Made by a program: the position numbers and the translations under genes
Part shown: piece by piece, positions 41,240 to 54,619 of the stretch
Layout: each line of letters starts with the position of its first letter
Position numbering within the stretch: position 1 is the first letter of the stretch
From: Octopus sinensis
Taxonomy: Eukaryota
Length of the DNA stretch: 64,000 bases
NCBI RefSeq assembly: GCF_006345805.1
Contig: NC_043005.1
Coordinates: forward strand, 24,056,001 to 24,120,000
Reading direction: 5' to 3'
The notes under the pieces: generated by a model
Databases searched by the model: none
Seen by the model: the letters and a program-made list of their open reading frames with translations, nothing else
Told to the model about the DNA's origin: nothing

Positions 41240-42100
41240 AACTGTGGTGTGGAGGAGTTGGGTGCTGGGAAGCTTCTATCTGTGTCTGTTGAGATTCATG
41301 CTTCTGGATATGTTCTTCCATAGGTCGTTGCATTGGTTCTAAATCCTGCACGTAATTATATTCACAGTTGTGTGCTCCCATGCGGTGTAAATATCACTCT
41401 GGGAAAGATGGGATATAACAACCTCGCCGTATGAGCCCGTTTCGATCACACAGGATTCTCCCCCTTTGTCCGAGGGTAGGAATGTATAGTTTTTCTCCTT
41501 TAGGGAGTCGAGTATGGAAAACTCCTTGGTCGACATGTTAGTGGGTGATTGTCGTCTTTTAGGAGACTTAAAGGCTTTCAAGAGGTCGTAACATAATCTA
41601 CTGACCCTGTCCTCAATGTCTTCTTTTGCGGGTGGTGGTATGCTGAACTCTCCCTCATACTGGTAAAGTCTGATTGCTTTGTCACAGCCTCTGCATTGGT
41701 TTTCGCTCAGCTTCTATTTGCATTGAAGTGCTTATGCGAATCTGGAGATATATGTGGTGATGGTGTGTTCCGGATGATTCCGGTTGATATCATGCGTGAG
41801 GCCTCTGCCCAGTATCCACTTTTCCTCCAGGATCAGAAGGCTGGGATTTCGTTATTTTCTTCGTTTCGTTGGTAATGCTTTTGTAACTCACGTGGTAATT
41901 TTGGAGGGAGTTACGAATTCGCCTGTCTATATAAATGTAGGGATGCTAACAGTCCGTTAGATTGTTCGATGTCGCTTGGTCGAGCCGGTGTAACGGGTGA
42001 GTTTTTTCCCCTAGCATTTCTAGATTTATAGGAAATATTATATTGACAAGGAAATGAGCCTTCGGTTCTAATCCAGAAACGATTCGTCTATAATTATTCC
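41240..42100 (-). mobile_element. Penelope-like element 5'/pre-RT fragment with an adjacent degenerate hammerhead motif (42036-42095, + strand)
   Basis: SPTNMSTKEFSILDSLKEKNYTFLPSDKGGESCVI (xDKG motif); ATTATA-TTGACAA-GGA…TCCA-GAAA-CGATTCG-TC-TATAAT. Confidence 0.6.
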
Positions 42101-42259
42101 ATAGGCTGGGATTTCGTTATTTTCTTTCTTTTTGCCATATACGGGTTACAAATTCTGTTTGCTTGTGGAGACTTTTTTTTATTAGTAGGAGAAATAGTGA
42201 TCAATTTGGCTGCTATTTCTAATATCCTCGGTTGAGCAACTTGTTGCAATTAACTCTTT

Positions 42260-42304
<45 letters not shown>

Positions 42305-43449
42305 ATATCATTGCTATTATGCAAAAGTGTCGTAATTATAAAACGTTGCTTTTTCAGAAAACGAAAAAATAGTTTCACCTTTCCATAGTAAAACCGTTGT
42401 ACTACGCTTTGATAATTTTTGATACCTTGGCATCTGAAGTAGCTGGAGATACGGTAGTTTGACCAAAAGAACCGGTTATTGCAAGCAAAAATGAATATTG
42501 AAAAAAAAGCGCATTTAGCCAAATTTGGACAAACTACAGTTTAAGGTAGTAGCTACGCTGTGTATATAAATGTGTGTGTGTGTGTGTGTATCTGTGTGTG
42601 TGCGTGTGTGTGTATATATATAATTATTTTCCATTGTCAGAATAAACCTTTTAAAAATGTTTTGTATCAATATATGTATAATATACATACACGCAAACAT
42701 CCATACATACATACTTACATACAAAAATACATCCATACATATATACACTCGCGTATTCAAAGATTTCAAGCATTGTTTATTTGCAAACTTTCAGAATAAC
42801 AAAAGGAAAGCACTCTGTAATAAATAAATGAATAAATAAATAAATATTTATATAAACAAATTAATAAATAAAAAGACGCGTTTGCCTCGGAGAAGATACT
42901 ATTGTCCAATAAGATCAATACAATAAAACAAGAAATACCATAAGAAGTAAAATAGAACAAATTTCAGTTATTTGGTTTGATAAAATATATTCTATCGAAT
43001 TAGGCAAGGTTAATTCTTAGAAACCAAGTGAGGTTTATTTCAAAACTTGTTCAGCTTCTACAATTCTAAGTGTTGAAAATCCAAGAAATTCTTTTCTGCT
43101 TAATTTCTTCATCAACACTAAAATTTTATTTGGTTTTGTGAGAAGGTTCGTGATTATATATACTATGTTGGCTTTTAAGCAATGAATAAATGTATGTTGT
43201 CACAAGCAAGCGCATTCATAAATGCACAAGTAGACACGCATCACTCTCAAATTAGTGGGCTGCTTGCTGTATCTGAAGAAGAACGTGAAACGGTGTTTGT
43301 CTAGTGGTATAAAAAAATATGTGCGCGCACCCTGCACATACACACGTGCACATACAAATAGTCCATACATTCATTTATATATAAGGTGAGAAAATGTACT
43401 AGGTAGATACTTGTACCTGTGTATATACATATACATACGTACATATATA

Positions 43450-44116
43450 TCTATGTACTACAAAATTTCTGTTATTGCTTCCGTGCGTGCTTGCTTGTGT
43501 TATTGTCTGTAATTTAATACAGCCAAACTGGCGTATAATGGGAAAATACTTAGAAAGTAAGGTACGCCTGAAATCTGAAGACAAAGAGAATAAAACAAAT
43601 TTCGCGTAAATCGGACTACGGATTCCCAGGAAATGCAGTTATCTCTTGGTTTGTTTTTGCAAGCTTAAGCAGTGAAACCTGGAGTTATTGCCCTCTACTT
43701 GAACACCTGGACAGTTTTGTTTGAGTGGTTGTCTGTAATTTAATACAGCTAGACAGGCGATTAATGGGAAAATACTCCGAAAGTAGGGTGTCATTGAAAT
43801 GTGAATACAAACGCAATGAAACAAGTTTCGGGTAAATCGGATTACGGATTCCCACGATACGCGGTTTTTCGGGTACCTTTAACTATTAGTGACACAACGG
43901 GCCACAGGTAGTCGCGTGAATCGGATCAACGGCTCCCTAGATACGCAGTTATTTCGGCGCATAATGGGAAAATACTCTGAAAGTAGGGTGTCATAGAAAT
44001 GTGAATACAAACGGAATGAAACAAGTTTCGCATAAATCGAATTACAGATTCCCATGATACGCGGTTTTTTGAGTACCTTCAACTATTGGTGACACAACGG
44101 GCCACGGGTAGTCTAG
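43450..44116 (+). mobile_element. Probable non-autonomous Helitron with three internal ~200-bp tandem units
   Basis: 5' TCTATGTACTACAAAA; unit TAATGGGAAAATACT..GAAAGTAGGG…AAATCGGAYTACGGATTCCC at ~43535, 43760 and 43960; 3' CAACGGGCCACGGGTAGTCTAG^T. Confidence 0.6.
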
Positions 44117-44121
44117 TTTAG

Positions 44122-44155
<34 letters not shown>

Positions 44156-44170
44156 GTGTGTGTGTGTGTG

Positions 44171-44224
<54 letters not shown>

Positions 44225-44472
44225 TGTGTATGTTTTTGTATGTCTGTGTTTGTCCAACATCGCTTGACAACCGATGGTGGTGTGTTTACGTCCCCGTAAC
44301 TTAGCGGTTCGGCAAACCAAACCGATAGAATAAGTACTAGGCTTCCACAGAATAAGTTCTGGAGTCGATTTGCTCGACTAAACGCGGTGCTCCAGCAAGG
44401 CTGCAGTCAAATGACTGAAACAATTAAAAAAATATATATATATGCTTTATTAAAAAGCAGCAAAATATTACA

Positions 44473-44520
44473 AAAAACTGTTACTCAGAGTTTCACGTTC
44501 CCGTTCGTCGGTCAGTTTTG
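44473..44520 (-). ncRNA. Degenerate minimal hammerhead motif
   Basis: Reverse complement: AAAACTGA-CCGACGA-ACGGGAACGT-GAAA-CTCTGAG-TA-ACAGTTTT; core U4 changed to C. Confidence 0.5.
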
Positions 44521-44586
44521 TTTACTCTACCTCTGATATTCGAATACTATTTTTTCCACCTTGTTTCGTATTTATGTGTTTACTCT

Positions 44587-44622
<36 letters not shown>

Positions 44623-44662
44623 TGTGTCTGTGTTTGTATGTGTATATATATATATATATATC

Positions 44663-44778
<116 letters not shown>

Positions 44779-44795
44779 ATATATTATATATATAC

Positions 44796-44852
<57 letters not shown>

Positions 44853-44855
<3 letters not shown>

Positions 44856-46545
44856 TACCGTCAGAAATTAATTAGCACCCTTGATTTTCTCTTCACTCAA
44901 GGTATTTGCTGTCACCTAGTGGCCATATCTCGAACTATTGCTTTGTTGTGAGTTCACTGTTGCGCAGAACGATGACGTAACTTTGTTTGCAGAGCAGTTT
45001 GAGAGTCTACAGCCTAATGATGTTGAGATAGCAGTGCAACAACCACTTGGAGTGCGGATGCAGACAAATCTTCCTTTGTTTAATAGATATAGGTAGCGCC
45101 TCGCAAGGACCGAAATCACACTGTACTAAGTTTTCTCATCGCGTAAGACGTTTTGAACAGCTCGTAGGTTAATTGATTTGTGCATTTGCAAGATTTTTTT
45201 TCCTCACAAATTCTCCTACACTCTGCTTGATGACGTCACTTCTGGTTCACAAAACTTTCTGTTATACATCAAATAAGGTGAGAAATTCTGCTTTCTTTCT
45301 TTTTTGTTTAATGAATAATAACTCATAGTAGTTTTGTTATAGCATAACATTATTCAAATGAATAGTTTTAATGAAAACTGGTTTTTATCGTTCATTCCTA
45401 GATGGGCCCAAGACCTCGCATGACCTTGGACGGTACGAGGCTCTCTCGTGGCGTGGGAAGCTGTCGGAGGCTGTAATAGCCAGAAAACTTGGTGTAGCCA
45501 GGCGCACAATTCAGTGCTTTTTTAAGAAATACGAGGAAACCGGATCAGCCGCTGACAAAAAGGGTAGGGGACGGAAGAGGCTGACGACCCAGCAGGAGGA
45601 CCGGATGCTGATCCGAAAGTCGTTGTACAACCGAAGGGCAACGAGCCAGCAACTGGCGGAGGAGATGCAAAAGATGACAGGGAAGCAGTTGTCTACAACC
45701 ACCGTCAAGACCAGATTACTGGAAGCTGGTCTAAAATCCTGTAGGGCCGCCCATAAGCCGCTCCTTACAGCCCCAAACTGGAAGAGGCGGCTGCTCTGGG
45801 CCCGTGCCCACAAGACATGGACCGTGCAGCAGTGGTGGACAGTGATGTTCACTGACGAGTCGCGATTCAGTCTCGTCAGTGACAAGCCTGTCCATGTGCG
45901 ACGCCGCAGGGGTGAGCGCATCAACAAAGACTGCATTGCTCTCACCATGAAGCATGGTGGGGGTGGTCTGATGGTGTGAGGGGCGTTCAGCTACAGTGGT
46001 GTTGGGCGGCTCTATGCCATCGAAGGCAACATCAACGCAGCAAAGTACGTTGAGATAGTACGGGATACCTCTTTGGTGGCGAGGAGTACGTGCTCCAGCA
46101 GGACAACGTGCCTTCCCACACAGCCAAGCTCACAACCGGTTTCTTCAAGGACCATAGGGTGACGGTCATGGACTGGCCTGGCCAGTCACCTGACCTGAAC
46201 CCTATTGAGAACCTCTGGAGTCGATTGGGTAGGGATTTGAATGTGCAGCAATACAGGAACCGACACAAGCTGTTTGGGGCACTTCTTGCTGCATGGAGGG
46301 CCATCCCTGCACGCACTCATAGACAGCATGCCGACCCGCGTAGCAGCTGTCATTGCTGCCAAAGGAGGAGCAACAAGATATTGACTACATTTCACGATTA
46401 ATAACAATTATGTGGTGTGCTGGGATATGTTTTAATAAATTTTTGATTATAAACGAGTTCGTTTCTGATAATAAGTTAATTAAATTAAGAAAATGTAAGA
46501 AAATGTAGAAATTTGAGAAGTGCTAATTAATTTCCGACGCAAGTG
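44853..46545 (+). mobile_element. Tc1 (DD34E) transposon, nearly full length, GC-rich transposase with stop and frameshifts
   Basis: TIRs CACTACCGTCAGAAATTAATTAGCAC / GTGCTAATTAATTTCCGACGCAAGTG within (TA)n; GRGRKR, VMFTDESRF, QQDNVPSH, WPGQSPDLNPIENLW. Confidence 0.95.
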
Positions 46546-46577
<32 letters not shown>

Positions 46578-47299
46578 TATATATATATATATATTATGTA
46601 GATGGTGTGATAATCCAAGCTGCATGATTCTTGATGTCCGTGTGTATATTCTTGTAATCTTAAGTATATTTGTAGACGTTATATCTTATATTTGGCATTT
46701 ATATGATTTGAAAATACTAAATAATATAGTTTGTAGAGTTAGTACACATGTTTCATTACGTAAGAATAAGTTTCGGCGATATATATGTAGAAAAAACATG
46801 CAAGCCATCTATTAGTAATTGTTCAGACAATGGATTGAAATAGTACAAAATACAATGGATGGATACTTTATGTGTTTCCATGCTGTTGTTGGTGATGTTG
46901 TTTTTGAAGCTTTTGTTGTTTGTTGTTTTTGTTAGAGTGGTTATAAATTGGGTTACCGTTGTGGTTTTTGTGTATCTATTTGCTGAGTTTTTGGAGTAGG
47001 GTTATGTACCCTTCTCTTTCTTCTGCACCCTTTCGTCACAGTCCATTTTTCGGTCTGCTCTTCTTTCTCCATGCCATTATTGTTGGTGTTGGATTGGGAG
47101 GCATGGCTTTCAGAAAGTTACTTTACCGTGGCAGCCCGGGGGATGGGGGGGGGGGGTTTAGAGTATTTTTTTGTTCTTGGCTTGGGATTGTGTGTGTGTG
47201 TGTAGGAGTCTTGAGAAGAACGTCTTAGTGATTTTGTGTTTGTGGCGGAAGTGGGAGTTTTGTTTTCCTCGTCTGAGAGTAAGAAGCCTTTTTAAATAA

Positions 47300-48340
47300 A
47301 TCTACAGTCAGAAGATAAATTTTAACACCTTAATGTTCTTAACATTCAAATCAACCTCTCTGTCTGTATATCTGCCCTCATTATAATGTTGGCAATTAAC
47401 CTGGAAATAAGTATATGTATTGATGGAAAACTTCTATAAATGGCTGATGATTGCTCAACACATTGAAATTGATGTAATACTTACAATGCTTAATAAAATG
47501 ATGTAGCGTGAAACAATCGTACCAAATTACCGAAGATATTCTTGTTGCTTACTTTGATTATATATATATTGCGCGCGCGCAATACATATATATTTATATC
47601 TATGATTAAAGTATTTAAAGTCTAAAATTAAAGCATCACATATTTCCTGGCATTTCAGTAGCAATCGTTACCCACAAATGATATTTCAATGAATTACTTG
47701 TGATAAAGATCGCATTCTAGACTGTTCCTTCCTACCATGATAACTTTGATACTCACATGAACTTTGCTACTATGCTCACATATATGTGGTCATTGAACCA
47801 ACCATTACAGATCTGAGTCTCTTTCATGCACACACATCTACAACTATTACTTCTTTGTCTAAGCGTCATCTCAACCCAATGTTTTAACAGCAAGTATTTG
47901 ATACTGAAACAAATTTTGTTGAACTAATTACGAGTCAACAAGAGAATCAATTTTGGTACCAACTTCTACTTCACTTATAAAGCTTTACTATCACCAACCA
48001 AATGCTCTACTTTCCCTAAATCATTTCGGACTTAATGCTAACTTTCTAGATTAAAGAATATTATCTTCATAATTTCATGACACATTCAAACCTCTTTAAG
48101 TCCCTGTTCTTCACCTTACAAATACTATAATCTGAAGATATGTATTTATCCGCTGACAAAGTAAATACTTTTGTCACTATAACATATATCATATAACATT
48201 ATATAACGATCTCAAATATGGAACACTTAAACTACGCTACACAATATAAAAAGGTCACTGACATGTGTTGTCAGTTCTAAAATATCTTAAATAGTAATTG
48301 GATGAATATACAGGTACTTTTAACCGCAGAAGATTCCCCA
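47300..48340 (-). pseudogene. Endogenous viral glycoprotein (chuvirus-type G), internally deleted
   Basis: Cys-containing decayed frame with NIICG*/TIATEMPGN (47645-47685, cf. chuvirus G LCGY.L..TEHP.L), then YLR*FGTIVSRYIILLSIVSITSISMC*AII (47440-47540, cf. W..F..FG…TM helix) and a short cytoplasmic tail; directly downstream of N. Confidence 0.5.
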
Positions 48341-48449
48341 TTAATTTTTTTTAAATATCATTAGTATTTGAATTTTTAGACTTCTTCCCTTCTAATATCA
48401 CATTAAAATGCAACAAATGTACTCGAGATAAAAATTAAAAAAAAAACCT

Positions 48450-49800
48450 TCATTATAATATTTGACTCTTGTTCAGAATCCTCAGATTTATTAGGCTCCG
48501 TACCTTCCGGGACATGCCAGCATTTCCAGCAATAACATTGACATACGCAATGATCTTGGCCCCCAACATAATGAAACATTAATATGCCGTTAATCTAGAC
48601 ATAGCCTCTCTCTGCATCGCTTTGCTTTTTCTCTCATCCTTGAAGTTAATGACCAACTGTGCTACCTTTATTGCTTCGGCCTCACGTACTCAGTTATTCA
48701 CTAACTCCTGACATTATTGAGGACTACGCCTACTTCCATTTCGGGACTTTACATATGACTATGCTCACACATCGAGAATGCCTATGTGGTTAGCTCTATT
48801 GAATTTAGCAGCCATCGCATACATGATTCAGCTACTCCTCCGTTTTCTTCTGTAGATGCAATGCTCATGATGCTTTGTTCTTGTCAGGAGAAAAATGATT
48901 GATATGACATGCCCAACGACACCAGGAAATGAAAACTTAAACATAACCTCGATAGTGGATCTTTCTCGTTGGTCGATTTCTGACTCAAAATTATAAATGA
49001 AGTACCTATCATATCAACTTTCACGTGAAATCCGCTGGCATCTATTTATGTGTTATTGATCAGCCTTCTTACCTAGTGCTAAAGCCGCCCACCGAGTATT
49101 ATGTATAAAGCATGCTTTCACCGTATAAACGACCCCCATTTCTTTTGTGAATCGACTATGTGCAAGTTTTCAATATGGTTTTGTCCCTTTATTGTATTGA
49201 AACTACTCTACGTAATATGACCGTGCGTATCCAGTGGTGTTACTTTTTGTCTATTAGTCATATTGTAAAGGGCAGCGAGCTGGCAGAATCTTTAGCATGG
49301 CAGACGATGTGCTTAGTGGGTTTTCGTCTACCGTTACGTTCTGAGTTCAAATTCCACCGAGGGCGACTTTGCCTTTCATTCTTTCGATGTTGATTAAATA
49401 AGTACCAGTTACGCACTGGGGTCGATGTAATCGACTTAATCCCTTTGTCTGTCCTTGTTTGTCCTCTCTATGTTTAGCCCCCTGTGGGTAATAAAGAAAT
49501 AATTATTTATATTGTAAGCCCCGTGATTTTGTTTATGCATTTGTCTGTAGGCTTCTTTAATAATTCCATTTGATATAGGGATTGTTTTCTGATTTTAGCC
49601 CCAACAATCTTTAAAATGTGAATATTTTACCATATATTTTAACAATACGATTCGTGGAACTGAGAATACAACTCAGTCAAGAAGCATCTCTTTTATTCAT
49701 TCGCGAAACAAACCGGTCAAACCAATTCCCAGGTAATAGCTTTTGTAATTTAAATTCATATAATTGCTTTTTATTACGAGAATAAAATGTTAAATTTAGA
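48450..49800 (-). pseudogene. Endogenous viral nucleoprotein (chuvirus-like N), split by a SINE at 49270-49508
   Basis: Translation: ALYIILG/WAALALGKKADQ*HINRCQRISRES*YDRY…RERSTIE…IMYAMAAKFNRANHIGILDV…KVAQLVINFKDERKSKAMQREAMSRLTAY. This follows the chuvirus N pattern as I recall it (lf..GK…R..al..ky…R.s; f…ll..s.m.H..i; kl..gdk..f.R..l..L.a). One long, mostly open frame from ~49090 to 48450. Confidence 0.55.
49270..49508 (+). mobile_element. tRNA-derived SINE (most abundant family here) inserted in the viral N gene
   Basis: GGCAGCGAGCTGGCAGAATC…GAGTTCAAATTCC…GCCTTTCATTCTTTCG…AAGTACCAG; TSD ATATTGTAA at 49260-49268 and 49509-49517. Confidence 0.9.
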
Positions 49801-50722
49801 ATAATTATAAAGTATTAATAACGAAATAAATTAATTCATTCCCGTCATAAATATTATTCGTATAAAATGAATCAAAATAAAACAAGATCGCAATTTCAAA
49901 GTTTGAAGATCACCGATATTATTTTGTCACCAAAATAATTAATGTTTACACCATGAACATAGTTTCATTGCAATTAATTTTTCTTTTTCATCTAAATTTT
50001 CGTAAAGTTGTCAAACTTTCGAAGTGATTTCGAAATACATTTTTACATATTTATTATATTTTGTCAGATAACCTATTCATTTTCTCGTAATCAAATGAGA
50101 CAATTTAATTCTTTCGAACAAATATTTATGTATTTAAGTTGTCACCACTGTATAATATAAAAACGGAAGCGCATGTTATTTGTGTTTGTACAAATATTGA
50201 AAAAGAGCAAGAGTGTGAGAAAAAAAATAAAAATAAGCAGGGGTGGTAACTGCTGGAGAGAAGTGAAAAATATCACTGAAAATGAAACATAATAGGATGA
50301 TGACATATTAAGCCAATAACAAACTGTATTAGATGACTAAATAGAGTGGGCAGCAAACATATACTGTGGCCAGTAGACGAGTGATATGCCATAATTGTAA
50401 TGTCAGTTTGATGAGGCTTCACCATAGTGTTATAAAGACTCCTTAGCTGGAAAAATCTCCAAAACAGAATTTTATTGAAATATTTCACATTTAATCATGA
50501 AGTTAAAACCAAGTAACCAGAAATAATTATTGTAATTAAACCCTCCATTCATGCAGTGATTTCGGAGCAAACAGGTTAACAGGATTATAAATACAACGAC
50601 CTCAGAATATTGATTATAAAAATTATTTTAGGAATGAAAATAATATTTATTTTAAACATTAATACAATACATGATTTAGTTTCAGCAAACATACACGCAC
50701 GCACACACGTATATATTATTAT

Positions 50723-50940
50723 ATAGTAATCCATCGAATACCGCGGGTGTTACGTTCCAAAATCCCTCGCGATTGCTGAAAATCCGCGAAGTAGAAACAG
50801 TACCGTACTGTATATTTCTTTTAGTATTTTTATAATTTATGCATATTTTTTATTATAAATGCAAAACAACACCACGGAGGAATAGACGTAAGCTTAAATA
50901 ATAAACTGCGATAGGTGAACCGCAATATGGCAAAGGGGAA
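50723..50940. mobile_element. Tigger/pogo-like MITE remnant
   Basis: AGTAATCCATCGAATACCGCGGGTGTTACGTTCC… and …GCGATAGGTGAACCGCAATATGGCAAAGGG imperfect TIRs. Confidence 0.5.
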
Positions 50941-52409
50941 GCAAAAAATTGCTGCCTCGGCCAGGGTTAAGATACAGGACTCTTGACATGTTCAACAAAG
51001 CGTGACGCCTAAACCAATCAGCTCAACCAACCAATCAGCTTAAGTAATTGAGTGATACTACACACTGATTGACCAGAATACAGTTTCCAAATCCTAGCAA
51101 TCTCGAGCCTACACAGCTGTATTTAAGGCACAGATTTAATCATCTCGCTACAGTCAAAAATTGTGAAGCATAACTGTCACCACTACTACATGAACCTGAA
51201 GATTGCAGAATTTAATGCATGAAAGTACTAGTTCAATCAGAATGAACATTTAACATTTTATTATTTTATTTTATTTTATTATATTATATTATATTATATT
51301 ATATCATTACAAGATTGTAAATAAAACGTGAAAAATCAGACAAGGTTGGAATTCCTTTTATTAATATATATATATATATATATATATACATAAATATGCA
51401 TACATACGATTACGCACACATATATATGCGCATGCACATATATATATCCTTTTCTACTCCAGGCACAAGGCTCGAAATTTTTTGGGAGGAGGTCATTCGT
51501 TTAGATCAATCCCCAGTACGCAGCTAGTACTTAATTTATCGACCCCGAAACGAGGCAAAGTAAACCGCGGCGGAATTTGAACTCAGAGCGTATTGACAGA
51601 TGAAATATCTCTAAGCATTTCGCCCGGCGTGCTAATATTTCTGCCAGCTCGCCGCCTTATGCACACACACACATATATATATATCATTTAAAGAATATGT
51701 TGGAGAACGCTAAAACAAGCGTGGTATAGATATTCACAAAGTAATGCTCGCATAAATGAGAACTTAAGTTCCAGCTCCGTCAGCCAGTGCTGGTAGCTCC
51801 AGTGTAGAAAGTCAGCTACAAGAATGTTTCGTCGATCGAGTTTGAAACTAGAAAGCTAAATACACGCAGGAAGGCATAATGGGTATATTTACATGGACTA
51901 CGAATGACTAGAAGAAATAATGTAATAGCTCTATCTAGGCAGTTCTTTTGAGTAGGCTAAAACCATGTCTATTTTTTTAATGGGAAATTGATATATCGCT
52001 GTTGTATGAAATAATACGAATTTTATAGATCCGTGAAGCGAAATAATGTCACCCCTCCATCAGAAGATTCTGAGTAAAAGCTGGCTAAAATCAAATGAGG
52101 TTGACGTGATTTCATCTCACAGATCTCTAAATATTCGTGTTTTACTATATATCTATTATATTATTGGCCTTTATTACATAATAAAGATGGTTACAGCATA
52201 AATCTTTTTTACAGCTGTCAAAATAAGTCTGTTACATCAATTCATTTGCTCATTGGTATTCCATGTAAGTATATTCATTATTACTTATGTTTATCTGCCT
52301 TATATACATATATACATATATAATAGTGTGTTCCGTGAAAGAAAATTCAACAAAAAATACTCCATCTGGTGTGAGATAAATATCATTTATTTAAAGGGCA
52401 CAATACATG

Positions 52410-54175
52410 TATTTAAGTGCTACTAATAGTGTCATATGTTGAGAATTACTCAAACATAATCTTCAGGCTCAAACCACATATAAAGAACACAAAAAATCTG
52501 AATAATAGAAGAAACCCGAAAACACTGAAAAGGCAGAATATAGAAAACGCAGAAAGTAAAAAAAAAAGTAAAACGAAAAACGGAAAACGAAAACATATAA
52601 ACTAAAATGTAAGAAATAATAAGTAAAAAGGTAAAAGAGTTACCCTCCTTAGATCTTAAAAGAGAAAGCTGGAAAGTTAGTCAGGAATAGGCGGAATTTT
52701 CCAATTCTTCAAAATATATTTATACATATGCTTGCAACCACTGAAAATTTCTGACCTAGATCTTAGTAGAGAGTTAGAGATTTTAGATCGGAATAAGATC
52801 TGTGCTTTTTCAGCTAAGCAAAGTCTACATTTATTCAATCCATTCACATAAGGTATGGATTTCTCAATTACTTTCCATTTAATCACATGCGGTGTTTCAT
52901 TATTTTTCAAAGTCCATTCGTAGCAAGCCAATTTAGTAGCTTTACTTTTGTTCCTATGTCGGAAAAAGGCTATGTGATTGGCATAGCGATTTTTACATTC
53001 ACCTTCACTTAATCAGTTGTATTATTATTTAGGGTTGCAGTAACTTCTGCCTCATATATGATAGATTTAGTCGTACATCGTTGGACAGGATCCTGGGTCG
53101 CGACAGTTGCAACTGGATTTGGGCTCTCAGTATTGTGTACGTGTAATGATACTTTTCCTATTCGGGCAACAGTTATATAATAATTCCACAGAACGCCTAT
53201 TAAATATTTCCTTGTACCTGTGAGTTGCTGGAAAGTTTTTGCCTATGAAAGACAGGATTTCTTTTACTTAAATTAGTTTTTATATTAAGGGAAAAGAGAG
53301 AAGCAAACCAAATAATTTTCTTTGGCCTATTCTTAGGTTTCTTATTATTATTCTAATTAATACTACAGGGATAATGTATTACTTCATCTTTTATGCCATT
53401 AGATCTATTATTAATATTTTGATTATTATTAGAGGGATTATATATTAGTTTATCTTTGAAGCCACTATTGTCTGGGGCATTGTTATTATAGGGGCAGCTT
53501 TCGCGAAGATTTCTTGAGAAGAGAGGTTAGACACTCTGTCACTAATATTAGCTAACAGATTTTAAATTATAGTAGAGTGACAAGACTTTTTATGTATATA
53601 TGCGAGTTTCTCATTAGGCTTCTGGCAAGGTTTATATGAGGAGGTGTATAGATCTAGAAAAAAACATCTAGATAATCAACAATAGAGAGTTTTAGCTACT
53701 GTAATTTTAAATCCTAAATGATTAAAGGTATAAATGAGTTGTTTTCTAAATCTATCAAGGGTGTGACTATCACACCCATGGGAAATACCCAAACAGTCGT
53801 CACAGTATAGGCCAAAGTCATGAGATGGGTGTCTATATTTCAATGTTTTTAATATAAACAAACCCACAAGATCACGGGCGTCAGCACTATCATATGACCC
53901 CATAGATACATCAAATAATTCGTCACTATGTGATTCTTTTATCCATGCCAATCCTTCAATGAACAGTAGGGTTTTCTTCACATGCCTGATAAAACATAGG
54001 CCTTTAGGGTCAATATCAACATATGATTTAGCAAATTCAATAGCTTTTTCAACCAGCAATCTAGATATAGAAGGATAAAAGTCAATGAAAAAAAAAACTG
54101 GTTAAATTTAGCTTTATTCTTATTCTTAATATTCTTAAACCAAACTATTACAGTAAAACTGTTATTCCATTGTAG
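52410..54175 (-). mobile_element. Penelope-like element (Naiad-like) with degenerate 3' hammerhead (~52412-52475)
   Basis: FDVSMGSYDSA…GLYCDDCL; CNCRDPGSCP…IIYEAEV; IKWKVIEK…CRLCLAEK…RSEIFSGCKH; reverse complement CTGAAGA-TTATGTTTGAG-TAATT-CTCAACATAT-GACAC-TATTAG-TA. Confidence 0.8.
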
Positions 54176-54619
54176 AAACATAACGTCACTAACAGACACG
54201 CTCCAGCCCCTGGCGTACAGGCGTACTGTCTCTTTTCTTTACTTTTACGACCGCAAGTAATAATGGTCTCTGTTCCTCGCATCTGGCTGCTCTCTTTTCA
54301 TCACCCTTGTTGTGACGAATACTCTCCTCCCGTCTGCTCTGATCCTCATGTCCGTGTCTGTGTGTAAATGTCTGCGAATGTATAAATGTTTCCGCTCTCT
54401 GCACGCTGAGTTCACATTCGCAGACATATACACACAGACACGGACATGAGGATCAGAGCAGACGGGAGGAGAGTATTCGTCACAACAAGGGTGATGAAAA
54501 GAGAGCAGCCAGATGCGAGGAACAGAGACCATTATTACTTGCGGTCGTAAAAGTAAAGAAAAGAGACAGTACGCCTGTACGCCAGAGGCTGGAGCGTGTC
54601 TGTTAGTGACGTTATGTTT
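54176..54619. repeat. Fold-back inverted duplication (~206-bp arms, 32-bp loop) of a CR1/Jockey-type LINE 3' coding fragment
   Basis: 54176-54381 is the reverse complement of 54414-54619 with 2 mismatches; encodes LDGIQERAIRLI…LQPLAYRRTVS. Confidence 0.93.

Noticed and set aside
43500-44110. Regularly spaced repeats (also 12500-13560 and 20300-20670) as a CRISPR-like array
   Set aside because: Eukaryotic context, long degenerate units, no unique spacers of constant length, no cas genes.
49900-52350. Unique-looking sequence upstream of N as an additional viral gene
   Set aside because: No motif or sustained reading frame that I could support.
52677-53120. Zn-finger-like C-terminus as Fanzor/TnpB, or selenocysteine recoding in a Naiad element
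   Set aside because: Motifs fit a Penelope GIY-YIG region with no RuvC triad; the cysteines I checked are TGY codons and the stops look like decay.
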